From Octopus vulgaris (taxonomy: Eukaryota): a DNA stretch of 64,000 nt. Each line of letters opens with the position of its first letter. The first letter of the stretch is position 1. The notes below the pieces were generated by a model. It searched no databases and was not told the DNA's origin. It saw only the letters and a list, made by a program, of their open reading frames with translations. The DNA is taken from positions 16,368,001 to 16,432,000 of the forward strand of contig OX597822.1 in the NCBI GenBank assembly GCA_951406725.2, given 5' to 3'. Position numbers and translations under genes: made by a program. Positions 55,998 to 64,000 of the stretch are shown piece after piece.

Positions 55998-56732
55998 GAA
56001 AAGCTAATAAAGGAGTAAAAAGAGAAGATTAAATTAAATTAGGAGTATGATGAGGAAATACAGTGCAAATATAAAAAATAGAAGGGAAAATAAGAGTATT
56101 CCAAATGAGAAACGGTTGATAGAAAGTCTAATCCACTTGTGACCGTTCTTTGTTTTATGATACAAACTTCCTGTTTTAAAGCGTTCTAAATTATATTCTT
56201 CCATCAAATTTTCCCGTATTAATACAGACAAATTTAAATTTATAAATTCTCGATTATTTTTTAGATTAATTGAAATAAAGTATATTTTACCAGAAGTATG
56301 AAAACGAAGGTAAAAACAAGACGGGTTTAGATGTTTGAAGGCAGAGAAAGCAATATGAGGCAGCAGGAATTTTAGAGATTGAAGAATGTAAACGCATTTC
56401 TATGAAGAAAAGACTGAGACTGCGAGGGAAAGAAAGGAGAGACGGAGAGTAATTCCAGGAAGCAATTATTTCAATCTTGAAATTACACCATGATTTAGAA
56501 TTTCTTTTTCTTCTAATAAGAACATTTCCTTTAATTCTTTTGCCGAAGTCTTACTTTCGTTCAAGCATTTCACAACTGAAATACTCAATCCGCCTTTCAT
56601 TTTCATTCTTTATCGTTTCCTACCCTCCTCACTTCATTCCATTAATATTCCACTATCCTTTTATTCTATTACAAGACATTTTACCTCACGATTGTTTCGA
56701 ATCCTTATCTATTCCATTTTCCATTCCTTATG

Positions 56733-56869
<137 letters not shown>

Positions 56870-56872
56870 TGT

Positions 56873-56940
<68 letters not shown>

Positions 56941-57397
56941 TTCTTTGTTGCTGATTCAAGTTTAATTGGCACATTCATGCATATATTTCGTTCATGCTGT
57001 TTGTTTATTATTTCCGACAACGTTTATGTTTTTTAATGCTGTGGCACTACAGGATTGAATGGTACTACCCAGGTGTGTCGAAACTACAGTGATATATGTT
57101 AGGTAGCTGATGATGGGCATGTATGTTTGATATGATCCCTTACATCTCGAGTCTCGTTATTGTGGGTTGTTCTTCATTTTTGGAAGTTTGACCATTTTTA
57201 TGCTTTCATATTTTATGTTAATTATATATAGATAATCATCGATTCCATGTATCTCATTACAGTAGGATAATAATTAGTAATTTCTAGTTTTGGGAGGTTT
57301 TGTGGAAACCGCATGTGTGTATGTGTGTTTGTGTGCGTCTGTGTGCCTGTGTGTGTGTATACACATTTATATATATGCTATGTATGTTATATGTATT

Positions 57398-57697
57398 GGC
57401 GCAGGTGTGGCTGTGTGATAAGAAGCTTGCTTCCCAACCATATAGTTCCTGGTTCAGTTCTACTGCGTGGCACCTTGGGCAAGTCTCTTCTGCTATAGCT
57501 TCTGCTATAGCCGACCACAGCCTTGTGAGTGGATTTAGTAGACGGAAACTGAAAAAAACCCGTTGTATACATGTGTGTGTGCGTATGTGTGTATGTGTGT
57601 GTGCGTGTGTGTGTGTTTATGTGTAGGTCTATGTTTGTCCACCCACCTCGCCATCGCTTGACAACCGATGCCGGTGAGTTTATGTCCCTGTAACTTA
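57398..57697 (+). mobile_element. CORE-like SINE (32295 family)
   Basis: GGCGCAGGTGTGGCTGTGTG..GGTTCAGTTCTACTGCGTGGCACCTTGGGCAAGT..GACGGAAACTG. Confidence 0.85.
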
Positions 57698-58109
57698 CAG
57701 ACAGACAGATAGACAGAGGGTCTGAAAGGGGGAGAGAGAAGGTCAGAGAGGTAAGAAAGAGGGAAGTTATCTTTATTTACAATGGCGAAATAAACTTCAT
57801 CTTGGAGAGAATTAGGTCTGAGAGGAAAGCTCGTTTGCAAGAGAGTAGCCATTAAATTAGCCTTGAAATTGTTGATGATGTTTAAAACTATGAGGCTGCA
57901 GGTGTTGGATGAGGAGTTAGAATCCTTCGTCTCCGTTTGTTAAATCAGATACTTTTTTGTATCCCAAACAGCAAATGGAGGTCTGACGGAGAAAACAACT
58001 GTCATTGTGCAATGTAATGTTGAAGTTTCTTAATAACTGAAATAAATTGAATCAGTTTCTACCCTAGCAACAATATTATTGAAATAGACGTGGTGAATTT
58101 CTTTAGTAG

Positions 58110-58510
58110 CACTACCAGTAATGAGACTATCAATCACTTTTTGAAAAGTACTTTAGTCATTAGTCTCACAAAAGGTTAACATTATACACTGGAAGAAGCG
58201 ATTATCGTCAGTAAGATGTGGGACTGGATAATATGCTACTTTCAAATCCAATTTACTATAGAAGTTATTGCAGGAAATAGAACGAATGAGATTTAAAATA
58301 TTAGGCAGTAAGTGGACATCTAGAAAGCGGAATCGATGCATAGTTTCTGTGTGGACGGAAACAATGCGTCTTTACGGCTGTTTCTTACTGCTGAAAATTG
58401 TGCTCGTCAGGAAGAGATTAATAGCTCAATAATTCTACCACCAAGAAACCGTTTAATCTTTCTCTTAATAAACCGTGAGATTTGGTGACAAATGGTTTTG
58501 AAAAGGGTTA
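58110..58510 (-). mobile_element. Ty3/Gypsy reverse transcriptase relic
   Basis: LDVHLLPNILNLIRSIS..FYSKLDLKVAYYPVP..FQCIMLTFCETN resembles DxYPLPxI..SxLDLxxAYxQ..MPFGxTN. Confidence 0.7.
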
Positions 58511-58899
58511 GATGAAATTCTTACAAAAATAAGAATTTTTAATGATTTCCTTTTGATGTACATAACATTTACAAATACGTGACATAGTGTCTGGCGAAGG
58601 CTGCATAGAGTTGTGAGTCAGGTTTCAATGTCTTTAGCTGGTTTTCAGATTCTTTCTGAAAAAACAGTAAATATCTTCTTTAATGAAGATGCGATCATGA
58701 GTAATTATTATTTCTTGCATAAAGACAAAACCCAAAATTTAGGGGACGGTTTCCTGGAAATCTGCCTTCGCAAGTATTTGACACGTGTTATATTTTATCG
58801 AAACCAAAAGCATAGAAGACGAAGTTAATTTTGATACAATTTGAAAACGGAACGCAGTGAGCTGAAAGAGATAATGTGACATATTTTATCTGGCGATTA

Positions 58900-60171
<1,272 letters not shown>

Positions 60172-62414
60172 AATAATAATAATAATATTAATGATAATAA
60201 ATTGCCATGATGTAGTACCAGGCACTGCCTCTCAAAACTTCTGATCTTAACTGATTGGAAGTGTTATCATGTATATTGTTTTGTCTTGGTATAAAAAGAT
60301 GGCTACAGCAAATATTCTGCTCAATACTACAGATTTGCTTGTCAGTTTTTTTACCTTAACCAGTTGAGCATGTCTCTTAGTAGCTGACGATATGTGAATC
60401 TCTGAAATCGTTGATAATGTGTACATTAAACAATATGTATACGCACACACACATGTATGTATGTATGTATGTATGTATGTATGCACTAAGGACTTGCCAT
60501 AATTTTAATTTCGCATTAACTGAGAGAAACGGTTCCAGGTTTCTATATGTATATAAATGATATAGGAGATTCTAACCAGATATAGAGATCCTAATCAAGC
60601 AGCTATATATGCTCTTGACTTAGAATAAACTAGATTAAAGGAAATTTGATTCAATTCCGTCGTTAACGGTCCCGTGTGCTGTTTCTATGAGTTAAATCAC
60701 AACAATTATTTTCTTTCATCCATTACATGGTCCTCGTCCACACGTCAAACTCAAATAACTCAAACCATTCCAGTGTAAAGAATTGGTGTCACAAAATGAC
60801 TTAATATGATAACTATGATGCATCTGGAACTACAATTAACGATGCTTTCCAAGCAGCGGCCAACGCCTCCCTTGATTAAAACTGACGATCGCTTACTCTT
60901 AATAATTTACTTAGCACAGTTAAATGTGGCAGAAGCTCATATCAATCTGATTACAAGGCCTAAGGCATCAGAGAGAGAAATGACATTTATAGGTATGTAA
61001 GGTGAAAAGAGCTCAAATTAGGTTCAAATCAATACTACATATATGGTGATGTATTTGTGCTGCTCAAATAATTTTAATTTCGATCCTACAAGGTTCTAAT
61101 TAACTTCAAAGGAATCTCAGGAACCTAAATTCTGCCCAACCTTTCTGTGTTGATTATATCACAAGAAATGAATGCAACCTTCTGAATAAAAAACCAGTCC
61201 ATTACTTCACAAATTTACTCAGATTAATTATCGTTGAATATTCAGTTCCCTAACATATGCGTTGATTGAATAACATATAATTAACGAATTTCCTTCTGCT
61301 TTCTATTTCCTATAATCTTTATGTTTAATTGGCTTCATATTTTGTCCATTTTACTTTTCTTCATTAGATAACTACATACATTCTTAAATTGTTTATCAGG
61401 CATCCTTCTCTTAATTGAAAATGTTTTTTTAAATCATATTACTCAACGTTTGTCACGCTGATAAATCCCATTTCTCACGTATTCATAGCTATTATCAAAC
61501 AGCTCTTTGTCATCTCATGATTTCACATGAAACAAGAATATTCCAGGAAGAAGCCTTTCTAAGTTTCACACTTATTTCCCTAACCAATAAGAATGAAACA
61601 TTTATACATGAAATCTATTGAATTCCTTTGTAAATAAGTTGAATTAAGGAAAAAAAAGCGTAAAGAATTATTTCCTAGACGTTTCATTGAATCGTTGTTT
61701 CATTAAAATTCTTATAATTGTCAAAAACATAGTGGTAATAGTTAAAGAACCAATTACTGCACTACACATATATGACTATACATTTATCTATAGAAAAACC
61801 TATACATTTACATACATACACACACAAGCATACACACACAAACACATATGTATGTATATGTATGTGTGCTTGGTATATAGATGCGAGTGTATGGTGGTTA
61901 TATTTGTCATGTAGACCAAAAATTGAGAATACATAGATAACTTCTTACTGGATATAAAAGCCTAATATCGCTAGTTTATCGATTCTGAGATCTATATAGA
62001 AATGCACAAAGATATATTGGTTAATAACATACATTTCTGTGGATGATATATATATTTAACTTCGTGTGCATTAATAATCTCTTCCTAGACTATAATCAAT
62101 GTTATCTTCTCAATGTCACATTTCAGGTCGCGTTTTCCCTGTAAACAATGTGAATAAGACAAAATAAGACAAAAAAGAAAAAAGAAAAAAAGCGCAAGAT
62201 TGCAAGCACTTATCATCGTGTATACTTATTTATATTCAATTGCGTTGGCGTAGAGATTAGAAAAACCCACGTAAAAGATGTACTACATCGTCTTCCGTTC
62301 GACTTTTAATGGATCTGGGTTCAAATCTTGTCAGTGTTGACGTGCTGTTGTTTGTATTTCTTTATTCTCAGCTACTGGCGTCGGCAAATTCAAACTATAA
62401 CCGTTGTGAAATAC

Positions 62415-62648
62415 AAAGGCGGCGAGCTGGCAGAATCGTTAGCTCGCCGGGCGAAATTCGTAGCTGTATTTCGTCTGCCGCTACGTTCTGAGTTCAAATT
62501 CCGCCGAGGTCGACTTTGCCTTTCAGCCTTTCAGGGTCGATAAATTAAGTACCACTTACGCACTGGGGTCGATGTAATCGACTTAATCCCTTTGTCTGTC
62601 CTTGTTTGTTCCCTCTATGTTTAGCTCCTTGTGGGTAATAAAGAAACA
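62415..62648 (+). mobile_element. Full-length tRNA-derived SINE (possibly Meta/MESC-type core) with 19-bp TSD and Tx1-like tail
   Basis: TSD TATAACCGTTGTGAAATAC at 62396-62414 and 62649-62667. A and B boxes present. Core assignment is from memory. Confidence 0.9.
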
Positions 62649-63149
62649 TATAACCGTTGTGAAATACGCCGTTAAATACTAGAGCAGACTTGACAATACG
62701 ATAAACAGTTTTGCATCGGAACCCGCAGGATATGCGTTCGGCACCACTTTACAGCACTCTAGGGATGGGGGCTTCTACTAATAAACATAGCTTCGAGTTC
62801 AAAAACTACCATGTACAGTAAACAGAAATATGTGGAATATTTTTATACCTCTGTATCCTTTCCCTCTTTCATGTATTTGTCTTCGGCCATGCTGGGGTAC
62901 CGTCTAGAAGAATTGTAGTCGAACGCATCTGACGCTTCCCTTTTGCCGAACCGTTAAGTTACGAGGTTGTTAAGGCAAAAGCAGCGGTAGTCAAGCAGTG
63001 TAAGGCAACAAACACAGACACAAATACACACACACACCTGCATGTATGTGAGTGTATGCGTGTGTGTCTGTGCGCGCGCGCATATGTGTGTGTGTGCGTG
63101 AGCACGTGTGTGTATTTTTATTAAAGCCCAAAAAATCTTGACAAGCTAC

Positions 63150-63243
63150 TACTCAGAGTTTCACGGTTCCGTTTGTCGGACAGATGTGGTCATACAAGTA
63201 TGATCGCACTTGTCCCATGAACGGAAGAGTGAAACTCTGAATA
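63150..63243. repeat. 94-bp palindrome made of two degenerate head-to-head HHR motifs
   Basis: TACTCAGAGTTTCAC...CATAC-AA-GTATG...GTGAAACTCTGAATA. Family of 6042-6079. Confidence 0.7.
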
Positions 63244-63247
63244 ACAG

Positions 63248-63332
<85 letters not shown>

Positions 63333-63479
63333 TATGAGAGGTAATGGTGTCAAGGAGACCCAAAGGTGTCAGGTAATTCTGAGTAAGCGCTATGGACAGA
63401 CTATAGTTAAGCTCCAGGTTCTGTGATTTTGCGAATGAGGAGTCCAATGTAGGTCATAAATTAACATGCATATATAAAA

Positions 63480-63660
63480 AAATTGACAGAATGAGATAAA
63501 AATCCATGGCTGTGAAAGATTTCAGAACATTTATAAAGAGACGGTCTTACAGCTGTTTCCGGGAGATATAAAATATCCTGGAATCAGCTGTAAGACCTCC
63601 TCTTTATAAATCTTCTGAAATCTTTCACAGCCATGGAATTTTATCTCATTCTGTTAATTT
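63480..63660. repeat. About 180-bp palindrome folding back inside an HHR stem II
   Basis: GTCTTACAGCTGTTTCC / GGAATCAGCTGTAAGAC. The arms match 11888-11985. Confidence 0.85.
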
Positions 63661-63843
63661 ATATATATATATTACTGAGAATAGTTTTTAAAATTTTAGC
63701 ACTTTTCATGTCTGGTACTTATTCTATCATTTTTCTTTGCCGTTTTAATTTTTCCAGGAGGTAAACGAACCAATACTGGTTGTCAGGTTGTGATGCTGGG
63801 TATCAGACTCAAAGACATATACATATGCATTTATGCATGTATG

Positions 63844-63907
<64 letters not shown>

Positions 63908-64000
63908 CGTAGGTAGGTAGGTAGGTAGGTAAGTAGCTAGCTAGCTAGATAGACAGAGAGACAGACAGACAGATAGGTTAGGTAAATGCCACGTACTTCT

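Overview
AT-rich animal DNA saturated with microsatellites ((TA)n, (TG)n, (GATA)n, (TAA)n, (TATG)n). The tRNA-derived SINE families suggest an octopus or other coleoid cephalopod (inference from recalled SINE sequences). No host gene can be supported, and most of the ORF track is microsatellite translation. Recognisable content is mobile elements: a near full-length, degraded Tx1/L1-clade LINE sitting in a (GATA)n/(TCTA)n array (24.7-30.5 kb) plus two fragments; R4/Dong-like retrotransposon pieces in a (TAA)n array; a CR1-group 3' fragment; Penelope-like element (PLE) RT and GIY-YIG pieces; Gypsy and Tc1 relics; a hAT MITE; and many modular SINEs. The most striking layer is a set of about ten fold-back inverted repeats, most next to (TA)n and many carrying minimal type I hammerhead ribozyme (HHR) motifs with palindromic stem III. 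Two of them are non-coding retrozyme-like units (about 546 and 490 nt) integrated as longer-than-monomer copies. In one, the inversion junction falls on the predicted ribozyme cleavage site. A CCGANGA (U4C) core variant recurs in four unrelated families. A SINE family shares its 3' tail with the Tx1 LINE. All alignments and RNA folds were done by eye.
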